Part shown: positions 24,637-38,000 of the stretch, in pieces | Position numbering within the stretch: position 1 is the stretch's first letter | Layout: each line of letters starts with the position of its first letter | Source: Euprymna scolopes | Taxonomy: Eukaryota | Length of the DNA: 64,000 nt | Reading direction: 5' to 3' (one strand) | Assembly (NCBI GenBank): GCA_053919585.1 | Contig: CM132828.1 | Program-made: the position numbers and the translations under genes | Notes under the pieces: generated by a model | The model's database searches: none | What the model saw: only the letters and a program-made list of their open reading frames with translations | Told to the model about the DNA's origin: nothing

Positions 24637-26165
24637 ATTATATATTTTTTATTTACTGTGAAAAATTTACAGCAAAACAGTAATAATCAAAAAATTAGGC
24701 ACAAGGATACTCAAAAATTGGGGAGGGACTGTCTATAGTCATCCTCGTCACTGTACCTTTGCTCGTCTATGCTTGATCCTAGCTAAAGTTCTCATTCACC
24801 ACAATACCTCAAGCACACCGGGAGTCATCCTACCTAAGATTCCCAAATCATTTTGTGTGTGTGTGCGTGTGTGAATATGGATGCTTAGGCGGGGAACACA
24901 AACTCCAACTTGGCAACTCACTATCTTTATCCATCATCGGTCAAAGGCCTTGGGGTACAATCTTTTCCTATCACATCTGATCTTTACCTTCATCTGCTGC
25001 TTGAAGAAAGGGACCAGATCCTGATCAGCAAAAGATTCAACCCCGCGATTCTCTTGCACTCTTGAAATCCATAATCACCATTCTGGCCACAACCAGGATC
25101 GACAGAAACACCATTCATCTCTCTTTGTCCACGGCGGTGCTGTGCTGTGGATAACATAGGACATGTCCAGCAGGCGAGGCTGCTCGGGATCGATGCAAGC
25201 CATCAACTGCTTGACGTACTGTCTGAGTCTGCTGCAAATGAAGAACGCGTGTTGTGGTGTTTCCTGACTTGAGTCCTGCAATGATAACACCCTGGCGACC
25301 TCACTAATCTGGCATTTTTAAGTATAGCATTGAGAGGCAATGGATTTTGGGCCAATCGCCAGGTCAAGAAGAACTCAGTTATTTAGATGACTGGAACCTG
25401 GTGCCAAGCTCCACCAGTAGCAGATCTCCTCCTTCAACAACCCCAGATGCTTAACGAGCAGGTCGTCGGCAGCCCCCTTCACTAGTTCTTTATATAGTTC
25501 CTTTCTAGTCAGCCATGAAAGGTTGCTGGAACTTGGGAGGTTCCTTAGCGCAGCCTTACACTCTCTCTAGAACTGCGTGTTGCTTCAACAAAATGCGCCT
25601 CAACATTGTGGTTGAGGATGAGGTCCAGAAAAAAAGCTTTAACTGTGGGGTTCCATGCATATTATTCTATCAAAATTTGGCTTAGGAAGGCCAACCTCTC
25701 AATGACACCTCGTCGGGCATTCCCAAACCTACATCACACGGACGTTGAACACAGACCTGTCTGCGAACCCAATGTTTCCCTTTGTCCCTAAAAAGTGAGG
25801 TCAACTTGCTCTGTAGGAACTTTAGATAGTTCTCAGGCAGGGGGAGTACAGTCAGTTTGTAAAGGATTAGCGGTAAGACGTAGATAGCACACGCCTCCAC
25901 CCTGCCCTTCAAGGATAGTTTCTTTTGAACCCACAAGTTAAACACGGCTTCGACATTTGACTTTACCTCCGACCAATTCTTTTTCAACTGGAGGTCCAGT
26001 CCAAATGACACGCTGAGGATCTGAACCAGGCCATCAGTCCAGCTGAAGGGAGCGGGAAAGGAGTTGGCGCCCCTCCAGGCTCCCAACCACAGATTGGTCA
26101 ACTTGCTGTGGTTAATTTTGGCCCCTTCCGTCTTTTCATAATGTGTGAGCACCTCCATCGCATAG
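24637..26165 (-). mobile_element. Element D: Tx1-like ORF2 3' portion + type-II 3'UTR
   Basis: GAKINHSK, LWLGAWRG, LSLKGR, ETPQHAFFIC; UTR with (CA)n mirrors 28772-29056. Confidence 0.82.
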
Positions 26166-26169
26166 CTTA

Positions 26170-28768
26170 AGGACATTCTCCTCAATATATTCCTCGTATG
26201 CAATCTGGTCGACAGGTTTTGCATCAAGCAGGGAAGTGAGATGTGGACGTGGACCAATAGTGTAAACCCCTACCCAAAAACACCTATCTGGATGGGATTT
26301 TAGTAAAAAGAAGTGACATAGAGCTCCTGTATTGTCCCATGTTCCAGTGGCTAAGTCAGTCAAACCACTAGTTATGGCCTGTCTGAATCTGGGGAATATA
26401 CCCAAACTAGTAGGGTATTGGAAGTTGAATACCTCCCTACTGGAGATACAAAACTTCCGAGTAAAACTAGCTAGGCTCATCCAAGAGACATTGGTGTTGG
26501 CAGTTACGGGGAGTAGATGGTGGGTTAGCCTGAAAAATAAATTAGAAACTTCTCCGTCACATACTCTCAACACCTCGCAGTAGATAAGGCCAGGATGAAG
26601 AAGCAGCTAGAAGAAAAATTAGCTAGGGCCACGAGTTTGAGGAATACTGTAGATCAGGAACTAACTAGGCGGAACCTTCGACGCGAGGCTAGCAAGCATT
26701 ACAAGGGCCAAGTAGTTAGGGCTAGGCTTAGGAAAGTAGGTAAGAAAGCTGTAAACTCCAATGCAGATACACGTAGAGAGGTCTCCATGCATGGATCAGA
26801 TAAATATAAAGTTTGTGTCAAGCGTCCGGATGGACGCACCCTGAGATCGACTTGGCAGATTTGTGAGGGCTGTCGATAGCATTTCAAAGAGCATTTCATG
26901 CAACAGCCCAATCTCCCTGTCCACAAATTTGGTGACTATTTGACCGACTCTCCCTGCCTCAAGACAACTAGAGCGGTTAGTTGCAAGGGCAGGATAACTA
27001 AGCAGGAGGTCCTGAGTGTGCTGGAGGAGGTCAGCTGCAACAAATCACTGGGACTTGATGGTTTCCATTACGAATTGTATTTGAGGCTGTCACACATGTG
27101 GATACCGATTTTGATGGATATGTTTAACCATTGATTTGATGAGGGTTCTATCCTGAGTCAAGTCACTAGGGGAGTGATCACATTGCTGAGGAAAACAGAT
27201 AGGCATGGCAGGGAAAAACTAAAGTTAAAGATTTTGGCCAAGGTCTATCAAATAGGCTGCAGGTTGTTATCGAAGAATTGATTGAACCTGAGCACTACTA
27301 TGCTGTGAACGGAAGATTGATTCTAAACAACTTGCACCTGATTCGTATAATCTTGGAGTGAAGGATAGAAGATGACACGGAAGGCATGCTGATCAATTTG
27401 GATCAGTCCAAAGCTTCCGATAGGGTCGACCATCGCTTTCTGGCATCTGTTCAAATGGGCTTCTACAAATGGATCTCCATACTGTATCACACACTGATTG
27501 CAGTGGTACAGGTAAATAGAAAGCATTTGAAATCTTTTGCTATCTCCCGGTCCATGCATAAGGGTTGTCCGTTGTCTCCCCTGCTTTATGCCCTTGCGTT
27601 GGAGCTGTTACTTTTCTATCTGAGGCAGGATGAGACAAGTTCAGTCCTGTGTGAGATTGAGAGTCAGAGTTTCCGCATTCGCTGATGAGATCACCATCTT
27701 TGTGTCGAGCTTCCGAGACATCGAAGCAGTGACAGAGGCGCTCACACGGTACGAAAAAAGACCAGGGAGGCCAAAATCAACCCCAGCAAGGCGACCGGTC
27801 TGTGGTTGGGAGTCTGGAGGGGCGCTGACGCCCTTCCTGCTCCCTTCAGCTAGACTGACAGCCCTGGTGATTCCTCGACCTGGCGATTGGCCTGAAATTC
27901 GTTGCCCCTCAATGCCATACTAAAAAGTGCCGGACTAGTGGGATCACCAGGGTGTCTTTGTTGCAGGACTCCAACAGAGGAAATGTCAGAACACGCTTTC
28001 TTCGATTGCAGTGGACCCAGATGGTAATGGGCATATGTTAACGAGGTGATGGCTTGCGTTGATCCCGAGCAGCCACGCCCGCTGGATGTGTCATATGTCA
28101 TCCACAGCGCATAGCCGCTGTGGGAGAGGGAGAGATGAATGGTGTTTTTTGTAAACCTGGCTGTGGCCAAACTGGTGATTATGGAGTTCAAGAGTGTAAG
28201 AAAAGCATGGGGTTGAATCTTTTGCTGATCAGAATCTGGTTTCCTTCTTCAAGCATCAGCTGAAGTAAAAGATCAGATGTGAGAGAAAAAGATTTTACTC
28301 TGTAGCCTTTGACCAAAGATGGATAAAGATAGTGAGTGTGTGCATGCATAGAGATGCCAAGTTGGTGCACACAGTTCAAGATTCTGCATAACTTCAGACC
28401 CATAAAACAAGTGTTTTGACTAGGTTTTTAGCTAACTGTGTTTATTGGCTCACTCTATCCCTGATAGGAAATCTCCAAGATATCCACACCCTGATCCTTT
28501 CTTTTTTGTCCCTGGCTACTCCCAATAAGAAACTTCACATACTTCCTCACACAACCACAGTTTCTTTTATCTTGCCGAGAATTTCAGCCACATATAGAGG
28601 ACAACTTGCTTGTTTTCGGCCAACACCAAGCCAGAAAACAGCTAGAGAGTGTTGGGGGGATCTGACTAATAATTTTATATTTTTTGTACTTTATCCCCCC
28701 CATCCCAAGCCAATGAAATAAAATTAAACAAACTTTTTATATAATTTTATGTTTACCAATTTATTTCA

Positions 28769-28846
<78 letters not shown>

Positions 28847-29056
28847 TTTGGAATCTTAGGTAGGACAACCCCCGGTGTGCTTGAGGTATTGTGATGAATG
28901 AGAATTTTAGCTATACACAAGCAAAGACTAGCAAAGGTAAAGTATTGAGGATGACTATAGACATGCCCTCCCCAATTTTTGAGTGACCTTGTGCCTAATT
29001 TTTTGTCTATTACTGTTTTATTCTAAACTTTTCAGAGTCAGTAAAAAATATATAAT
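26170..29056 (+). mobile_element. Element E: Tx1-like ORF2 (APE C-terminus, RT) + type-II 3'UTR with (CA)n at 28772-28840
   Basis: GYWKLNTSLL, GLDGFHYELY, LDQSKASDRVDH, GCPLSPLLY, AFADEI; decayed, with internal deletions. Confidence 0.85.
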
Positions 29057-29079
29057 TCAAAGTGTTGTATCTGTTCTTA

Positions 29080-30960
29080 CCACATTTTTTTCCTTCGCAC
29101 AGGGCAATGCTGTTCTGGCGACACATTCTCATGCCTGGAACACACACTCAAGCTTTTTTGGGGTAGCGCCCTGTCCACACCCCTCACTTTGTGTATCTTT
29201 CTCTGCTCTCTCCCTGTGAGGGGGGATCTAAGCTGTTAATTACAACCTTCTCACGAGGAAGGGTCGGATACACTTTCTTTCTTCCCTCTAATTAACTGCC
29301 CAGTTCCTCTCTCAGTTCCATCTCCTCTCTTATCGCTTTTGACGCCACTTCTTTTTGGTGCCAAATTCAGCTCCCCAGTACATTTTTGCGACATTCGAGA
29401 TAGAAACCAACCTAAGAGAGTTTCAAACAAACACCTTCAGCCTAGGAGCTGCCACTATGGATACCCCTAGTCCGAGGGCCACCACAGAAGCAGCTGGTTC
29501 CCCAGAGGACAACTCTCCATCAGGAGAAGAAAAAACACCAACAAATAACAAATCCTCATTAATGGACATACCCCTGAAGGGGGAAAACGTACCAGCAGAT
29601 CCTCATGGGGCGCCTCTCCCAAAGGGGAGAAAAATCAATGTCGAACGGGAAATCCCACTCATGCCACAAAAAATTAAAGAGACACTAACCCCAAAGGACA
29701 ATAAAGATGGCAGTGCTTCCCAGGAAGGCTGCTCCCCCAAAAGGGAAGCAAATCAGAAGATCAAGTGGGTATACCAACTGGACCCACCAACAATGAAAGC
29801 GCAGATGCCCTCAAGGACAATAAAGAGGACGACGCTTCCCAAGAAGCCGACTCTCCCAAAATGGAAGCTGTTCCCGGAAGAAACTTTAACCAAGGAGAGT
29901 CAGTCCCAAAAGAAAGCAGAAAGGGGGATGCCCCCCAAGAAAGCAACACTCCCACAAAAGGATTGCATACGGACTACGGGTAGGCAGGAAGCATCGCAAA
30001 AAAACAGACAGATGCAACCGCCATTAAATAATCTCAAAAACGATCCAACACCACGAAAGAACCAACACCAACACCAACAAGAGGGTCTGCATGGGGAAAG
30101 ACAGCAAAAAACAAATGTCTCCTCAAGAGTACATAGACGTGTACCTGAGGAGCTTTGCCATGTGGGACATCTTCCTACCCACCAAGGAGGATGTGGAGAG
30201 TCTCTCCCTCAAAGAAATGAAGCATGGGAGAGTCAAATAAATGCTGGAATATCAGGCCAAGACAAGGAGTTAGGTGCAGATATTCAATGTTATAACTCAA
30301 ATACCTGCTGAACTCCTGGGATCCCTCTTCCGTCAGTTCAGAGAGATGGAACAAATGACCTCAGTATGGTCAAAAAATCGGCATACACCTGGGCGACTAC
30401 ACAATGGCAATGAGGCTGAAGAGAGAGGGATTCCTGCCGATACCAGTGCTGCTGACCTTCAAGGTCACCAGCATAATGGTAGTGGTGGAGCGCCATCATC
30501 TGCAACCCTGCTGGTTCTGCCACCAGCAGGGTTACATTGCCAAGAGCTACCCTAAAATTCAACCCCAACTCGAGTAACACAAAAAGCAGTCCCAACCCTC
30601 TAGACAACACCAGAGTACAATCAAGCTGTCACCACCTCTACAACCACGGCACCAACCCCAGCGTCGAGAGAATCTAGAAACACGGAGGCCAAGGGGAAGG
30701 AATGGAGCATGGTGACGGGCCGGAAATGGAAGCCCACAATCTCATTCACAACCATCACACCGCCAACCAACAATCAAGGCAGCAACAACAACAGCAGCCT
30801 CCACAGCAGCCCCAGCCACAGTAGTAGGTGGAGCAGCAGCTGTTAACGCCGCAGAAGCAGCTGCAGCAAAACCAACATCTGTCATAGCCGAAGCTGCGGA
30901 AGCAACTGCAACAATAACAAACGCTTCAGCAGCCAAAACAGCAGCCGAGGCAGCAGCAGC
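29080..30960 (+). mobile_element. Element F: 5'UTR + type-II ORF1
   Basis: ATG 29457 (MDTPSPRA); knuckle CWFCHQQGYIAKS ~30510-30548; homologous to C. Confidence 0.8.
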
Positions 30961-32807
30961 AAAGTGGATGTTGTTGCAGCTGTTCTTGTTGCTTTGGCGG
31001 CTATTGTTGCTGCTTCTCTTGTTGCTGCTGCTGATATTATTTCTGCTGCTGTTGCCGTTGCAGCTGCGACTGTTGTTGTTGCTGCTGAGTAGGTCGTACG
31101 GTTGAGGTGGAGATATATGTGTTCACCACTGTCCTCCACTGATCTTTGGTTTATGCCCTGCCACTGTACTCCACTGCTCTGTGGTCTCATTGGGCTTTGT
31201 TGACTCAAGGGCTGATGTTGGCAATTCCTTAGTTTCAGTGGCTGTCGCCACCCCCGTTGCTGGAACTGTGTTTACTTGTGGTGCAGGTTGGCTTGGAACC
31301 CCTTATTTGGTCAGTTCTTTGCTATGTGGCTCTGTTTCTCACAGAACCAGCAGTGAGGGCATCGACCCTCGACCACCATCATCATTTTGGCTTTCTTGAA
31401 GGATATTGCTGCTGGTATGCCTAAGAAACCCTCTTTTTTTACCCACATCGCTACTGTATAGTTTCCCAGGTGGACACCATTTTTGGAGCATGCCAGGTCT
31501 ATCTGCGTCACCTGTCTTAACTTAGCGAAGAAGTTTTCCAGCAGTTCTATGTGTAGATCGGCAGACTCATTAAATATTTGTACCCGGATTCCTCTCCTGC
31601 TCTGATACTCTGGCAAGAACTTGACTTCTGCGCATTTAAGCTCCGTGCGTGAGAACCTTTCTGCTTCATCCTTGTTCAGTAGTAGTATGTACCACATTGC
31701 AAAGCTCCTCAGATGTATATACTTGGTGGGTGTATTCAGTTTCTGGATGTGCTCAGCCATTTCTTCCTTTTTCGTTGCCTCGAGCCAATTTTCCCTGATG
31801 TCTGAAGTGATGAAGGACAGAACCTTGTCCTCCATCACCTCCCCGTCCCTAGATATTGGCTTGAGGATGATCTAAATATATTCCTTATACTTGGTGAGGT
31901 ACAAGTCTTTATATTACTGCAGAGTCTCTTTTCAGTGGTTTTACCTCATGCAGATCCATTTGATGGCTTGAGCAAGGGGTCTTTTGTGGCGTTGTATGAT
32001 TGCTTTGCTGTCTTGGAGGTGTTTCGTGAGACAGGTTTCCCTTTAGAGGCTGATTCTCCTGCGCCCTACTTGAGTGTGTCCAGTATTGCTCCCTTTTTTG
32101 GGGAGCTTCCCTCTGGGCGAACATCTTCCTCCATCATCTCTTGAGGCAGCTGCCTCCTTGCCAGCATTCAATTCCATGCGGTATGCCTCTTCTGTTTGGT
32201 AGTTTTTTTTCTTTTTGGAGGAAACTGCATTCGCAGGGAACTTCTTCCCCGGTAATGTCTTTTGGGGCTGCTGCCCCTTGGCTTAAAGGACCTCTTGGGT
32301 GTGCCTCCTTAGTTTTGCAATTAACTCCCTCTTAAGGGGAGCTGCCTCCGTAGGGAGCATCTCCCTGGGCACAGTTTTTTGGGGATGCCTTTGCCTCCAT
32401 GGTATCCGGGCAGTACCCCCCTTCCTTTTTAAGTGTGACTCCTCCATTTAAGGAGTCGTCTTTTGGGAGTGTCATCATCTCCATGATGGGGATTATCTAT
32501 TTGTTCTCTCTTCCAGTTTCTGCGGTCTCGATGGTCAGTCAAAGGGTACAGTAAAATCCAAAATTCACTGTTTTGACTGACGTGGAGACAAACAGAGGAG
32601 TCGACTTTGGCGCCAAAAAAAAAGTGTCGTCAAAGGCGGCAAGAGGGGAGACAGAATTGAGAGAAGGAGTGGGGAGTTAGTCTGAGGGATGAAAAAAAGT
32701 GTGTCCAACCCTCCCTTGCGGGAAGGTCGTAATAACAGCTCAGATAAAAAAAAAAGCTTGACATGTCTCCTGAACTACACTGTCCTGCGTGAAGGAAAAA
32801 AATTTAC
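30961..32807 (-). mobile_element. Element G: 5'UTR + type-I ORF1
   Basis: ORF 31311-31838 ends CPHCWFCEKQSHIAKN; homologous to B. Confidence 0.8.
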
Positions 32808-32830
32808 TAAGAACAGATACTACACTTTGA

Positions 32831-33797
32831 GATATTAAGTCTTTTATTCAGGCTAAAAATACAATGTAATTCAACATGAACAAAAGCTTAAGCACAAGGT
32901 CAACTCAAAAGGGGGAAAAGAGGGGATCGTTGGTCATCCTTGTCACTCTAGAACTAAACAAAATTTCTCTTTGCTAGTATCTTCTTCCACCATAATACCA
33001 CATTCACCCTTTCGTACTGGCAGATATCTTGCTTAGAACTCAATTGTTTAAAAAGTTTTTTATTGATATGTATAAACAAAAAAGATAACAATGATGATAT
33101 AATAATTCATTGGTGTTGAGGGCAAAGGAAGAAAAAATACAAAAATAGTTAGTAGGACCCTCCCAACCCCGTCTAGTTGATAGACCGCCAGTTCCACACT
33201 GGTTTTTAAAGGAACCTGAGGTCCTGCTTGACAGTCTCTAAGTGAGGCTGCCCTCTATATGAGATGAAATGGAAAAAAGGAAAATTGGTAGGTGAGGAAG
33301 GTTGCTAGTGATAGATTGATTTCTTTCTCTCCAAGATGGATGAAATTAGGAGAAAGGGGTGAAAAGAAAAATTGCAGTTATGAGGGGGTGAAGATCTTGG
33401 AGGCTTCCTAGCCTAGAAGGGATGGATCACTCACTCGGTTAGCTAAGAGGCTAAAAATTAGATTATACTTGACGTAACTGTTCACTTCCTCCACACCTTG
33501 GCGTGGAACACGTATTCAAATTTGGCTCCTTTCCATACACACAGACTTGTTACGTGTATCAATCTTCTATCAAATACAGCATGATGAAGCCTCTTTCTAT
33601 CTCATCTGATCTTCATCCATAGTTGGCTTTTAAAGAAAGTGATTAGATCCTTATTAGGAGACCCCCCACCTCCAGGTCACCTTGCAGTCACGATGTCCAA
33701 ATCACTATTCTCACCATTGCCAGGATTGTAATCTAAACCATTTGTTTTTTCTGGTCCCATAGCAGCTTCACATTTTCAACAACATTGGATACAGTAA
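32831..33797 (-). mobile_element. Element H: type-I 3'UTR + extreme ORF2 C-terminus
   Basis: Reverse-complement homologue of ~19620-20547. Confidence 0.82.
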
Positions 33798-35012
33798 TCA
33801 GCAACAACAACAACAACAACAGCCCGAGCAGCAGCAACAACAACAATGACAACAGCCACAGCAGCAGCATCAACAGAAGCAGTAACTAGAGGAGCAGCAA
33901 CAACCAACGGTCCCCACACTAATCAAGACAGGGAACAAGTGGAGAAAATGCTCGTCTGAGGGTGAATCCGATAGCGAGAAGGAGAAAAGCCCAACCTTAC
34001 CACTCCCCGGTTCATCCGAAAGAAAGAAGAAGAAAATTGAAAGAATGAAAGGTGAGGAAAAAGTGCCCCCCCCCACTACCAGTGAGCATACACAACTCCT
34101 AACACTAATGCACTTCCACCCCCAAACCAGAAACCGCAACAACACTAGAGACTGCACCAACACCAATACCACCACCAGACACCACATAAACACCTGTCCC
34201 TACACCAATGCAAATTGAGCCACAACCCCACAAAGTAAAGAATGAACCTGGGAGGATGAGAGAAACTTCAGCTTCTCCCAATTGTGAACTTACTCCAACA
34301 GGAACCTTCACCCTTGAAACGAGGGAGGAACTTTGTTTTGTAGACCCCTCGGCTGTGGCAACAGATTTACCACACTGGCAGAAAACAAATTTAAAACATC
34401 TGCTGGATTGCCAACAGATTTTTAGATGGGTCCAAAGCTTTCGATAGGGTAGACCATTGCTTCTTAGCATTTGTCTTAGAGGCCGCTGGTTTTAACCGGA
34501 CTTCTGCAAGTGGATCTGCGTGATGTATCGCCAGCCCATGGCTGTCGTACAAGTCAACGAAAAGTGCTCAAAACCACATGTTATCTCTTGGTTGTTTTGT
34601 CAGTGTTCTCTGCTGTCACTCTTGCTTTACATCCTAGTGTTGGAGCCACTGTTCCACGAGCTAAAACCTAGGGAGGCAAATTTGGCCCTGTGCTACATAG
34701 CTGTGCCTTGTAGTGTCCGCGTCTGGTGATGACATCATGGTCTTTGTGACAAGCTTCCGAGACATTGAGACCGTGTCAAAGGCACTTTCTCGGTAACAAA
34801 GAATCACGAGGACCAAGATAAACTATAGCATGTTGGTCAGACTGCGGTTGATCGTGTGAAGTGGTAACACAAAACTTCTGGCGCCCTGCAGCTGGACGGA
34901 TGACCAACGACCCCAATTCTTTCCCCCTTTTTGAGTTGGCATTGTGCCTAAATTTTGTGTTCATGTTTAATTTATATTGTACTTTTTTTCCTGAATAAAA
35001 GATTAGATATCA
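33798..35012 (+). mobile_element. Element I: internally deleted Tx1-like fragment (ORF1 tail, RT piece, last ~115 bp of 3'UTR)
   Basis: HWQKTNLKHLLDC shared with J; KAFDRVDH-type RT segment from ~34430; 3' tail GATGACCAACGACCC...AATAAAAGATT. Confidence 0.72.
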
Positions 35013-35034
35013 CAAAGTGTAGTATCTGTTCTTA

Positions 35035-38000
35035 CATTTTTTTCTCTTCTGTGAGGCAGTGCTGTTCTGGCGATACACTCTCATGCTTGGAAAACACTGA
35101 CAAGCTTTTGTTTTTTTGTGGGGTAGTGTTCTGTCTGCATCCTCCAATTTGTCTACCTTTCTCTGCTCTCCTCCAGCGAGGGGATATCCGAGCTGATAAT
35201 TCCGACCTTCCTGCGAGGGAGGGTCAGAAAAACTTTCTCTCTTCTCTTCAATTAACTCCCCACTCTCTTTATCAGTCCTATTCTCCCTTTCACGCCACTC
35301 TTTTTAGCGCAAAAGTCGGCTCCCCACTTCAGACGGCGTCATCATGTCAGTCAAAACCATGATTTTGAACTTTACTTCTACCCCCCCCCCCCTCTTTTGA
35401 CTGACCATGGAGATTGCAGACGCCCAAAGAGAGGGACCAGCGACACCCCACAGCACAGAAAAGACCGCTCCCCCAAAGGACGACTTTCCAAATGGGGGAG
35501 TAACACCAAAAAATCAAGAGGCATACAGTCTGAAAAACATAATGGCAGGAACAGCAGCTCTAAAAGATTGTACCCCACAAGGGCAGCTCCCCTAAAAATG
35601 GAGACAACACAAAATCTGAGGCATCTGACCATACGGGACCTCCAAACCAAAAGGGCAGCAGGTTCAAAAGACATTTGCCAGGGAGATGCTACCCACAAAG
35701 ACGGCTCTTCAAAAAAGGGAGCTAAACAACTAATTGAGGAGGCAGACTGCCTGGAATCATCTGGAAAAACCACAGTAGTCCCAAAAGACTTTACCAGGTA
35801 CAAAGCCTTCCCAGGAGAGTAGCTCCCCTAAAGAGGGAGGTTAATCCCAAATTGATGGGATGTACCGCCTGAAGTCACAAAATAAGTGGGCAGCAACCCT
35901 ATTAGACCTGACCAATAGAGAGGCGCCCCAAAAAGGAGGCTCCCCAAAAAGGGAGACAAAACAAAGCCCAACCCCACAAAGGACACTGCCAACCCACCAC
36001 CACCAGCAAATTCAGCATGGGAAAGGACCTCGAACTCAAAACTGACCCTGGAAGATTACAGGTCTCTCTACCTTACCAAATACAGGCAGTACATTGAGGG
36101 AAATGTGCTCCAACAAACACCAGCATCATAGTAGGCAATTGCAGACAGGGTTCTGTTGTTTACAACATCAAACTTCCAAGCAAATTGCCTCTTCGGAACA
36201 GATAAACAAGAGATGGCGGAGCTCTTACAGAAGCTCAACATCTCGGCAACCTTCTTTTGCCGAAGGAGCTTCGCTATGTGGGACGTCCTCTTCCCCAACA
36301 AAGAGATGGTAGAGGAGCTTACCCAAAAAGAACTGAAGAGTGGCAGCGTGGATCTGTTCCCTGAGTACCAAAGGAAGCAAAAGACCCGGGTCCACATTTA
36401 AAACACGCCCTCTGAATTCTGTGCTGAAATAATTAGGTGTCTTCTTCAGCGAGTTCGCGGAGGTGGAACAAGTGGACCTGTTAAGGTCTTGAAATGGCAG
36501 CCATAACTCTGACTATGTGGTGTCATTGAGGCTAAAGAAAGAGGACTTTCTGGCAATTCCAGTGGTGCTATGTCACCATAACTGGAACATGACAATCATT
36601 GTGGAAGGCTGCCATCCATACTGCTTGTTTTGCCAAAAACAAGGACACCTGGTTAAAGAATGCGCTAAGAAACTTGCTGCCAGCCAGCCATCAGCAAAAG
36701 CCGCCTTGAAACCAGCCCAAGAAGATTGGCTAAATCCCCGGAGATAATGAAGGAAGGTTGGAGCACATTGGTGAGTCACAGGAGGAAACTACAGCCACCC
36801 CTGTCGTGGTCCAACACCTGCTCCAAAGCAGCAGCAGCGGCCATAACAACGAAAAGTGGCGGAGCAGCAGCAGCCACAAGCACAGCCGTAGCCAAAACAG
36901 CAGCGGCAGGCAAAGTAGCAGTAGCAAGTGAAGTAGCAGCAGCAGCCAAAGCAGCAACAGCAGAGCAATCAGGACTTCAGTCCCAACCAAACAGGGGACA
37001 AAGAGGAAAACTAAAAACGCTTCTGATGAAGAGGAAGCAGAGAACGAGAGAGAGACTATTGCTACCTCACCCCTCACGGGTCCTACAAAAAAACAACAAA
37101 AAAGAGTAAAGAATGAGGGTGAGGAAGTGGTCATTGCCCCTATAAACATACGCTATCCCAAACACTCAATACTGGCACAAAACACACACCACCAATGCTC
37201 ACTTCCAGAACAATGACACATGCACACACACTACAAGCTCTGCTCCCACCACCAGCACCGGTCACCAAACCCACCCCCATACATGCCAAACACTGGCAGA
37301 AGATAAATTTTAAGCCATTGCTGGACTGCCGACAGATAGGAGAAAAAGACATTGAATTCCTCAACAACTTCCCAGATACCACCCTTGTAACAGTTTTCAT
37401 CAGGTCGCCCGCTGGTTGCAAAACTCCGGTTTGGTAGATGGTGGAAGCTGCCATTGAGGCAATCCCAGGAACCAAATTAGTTAGACTGTGACCCTTCCCT
37501 AGAAGAGCTTTAAACCTAATGTAAGGGAAGGGTTCCAATCCTGGTACGCCCATCACTATACCAGGCCTTAAAACTAACATACCCCTTGGACATTGACGGC
37601 TTGCGCGATGCAGTCAAATTACCAAGGAACTGATCACCCAAGCATTGCGCACTGCGTTAGTGTCCTCTCTCTGGAGGACTTTTGAACCGTGGGCGACACT
37701 GAATTGGAAAGTAACCAACCATAGCTCTTTACTTGGCAAGTTTGAATGCGAGGGGCTTGAGGTTCTCAGACCAGGAGGCTCGTGTCCTGAGAGACCTTCT
37801 GTCCCTGGGAGTGGATGTGGCTGCACTACATTAGAGGCACACTTCATTTTGTCCATGGATTCTCAGGTGCTGTCGAGAGATTACAATGTGTTTTAGTATA
37901 TGTGAACCCATGGCGAAATCATGTGTCCCTGCTGGTGAAATGCACCATCTCTGATGGTAAACGTTGTTCATAGGAACAATGCGGGGAGGCTAGTTGTGGC

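Noticed and set aside
29355-30311. 318-aa ORF as an intact gene
   Set aside because: Comparison with paralogues shows it drifts between frames of a deleted ORF1 copy.
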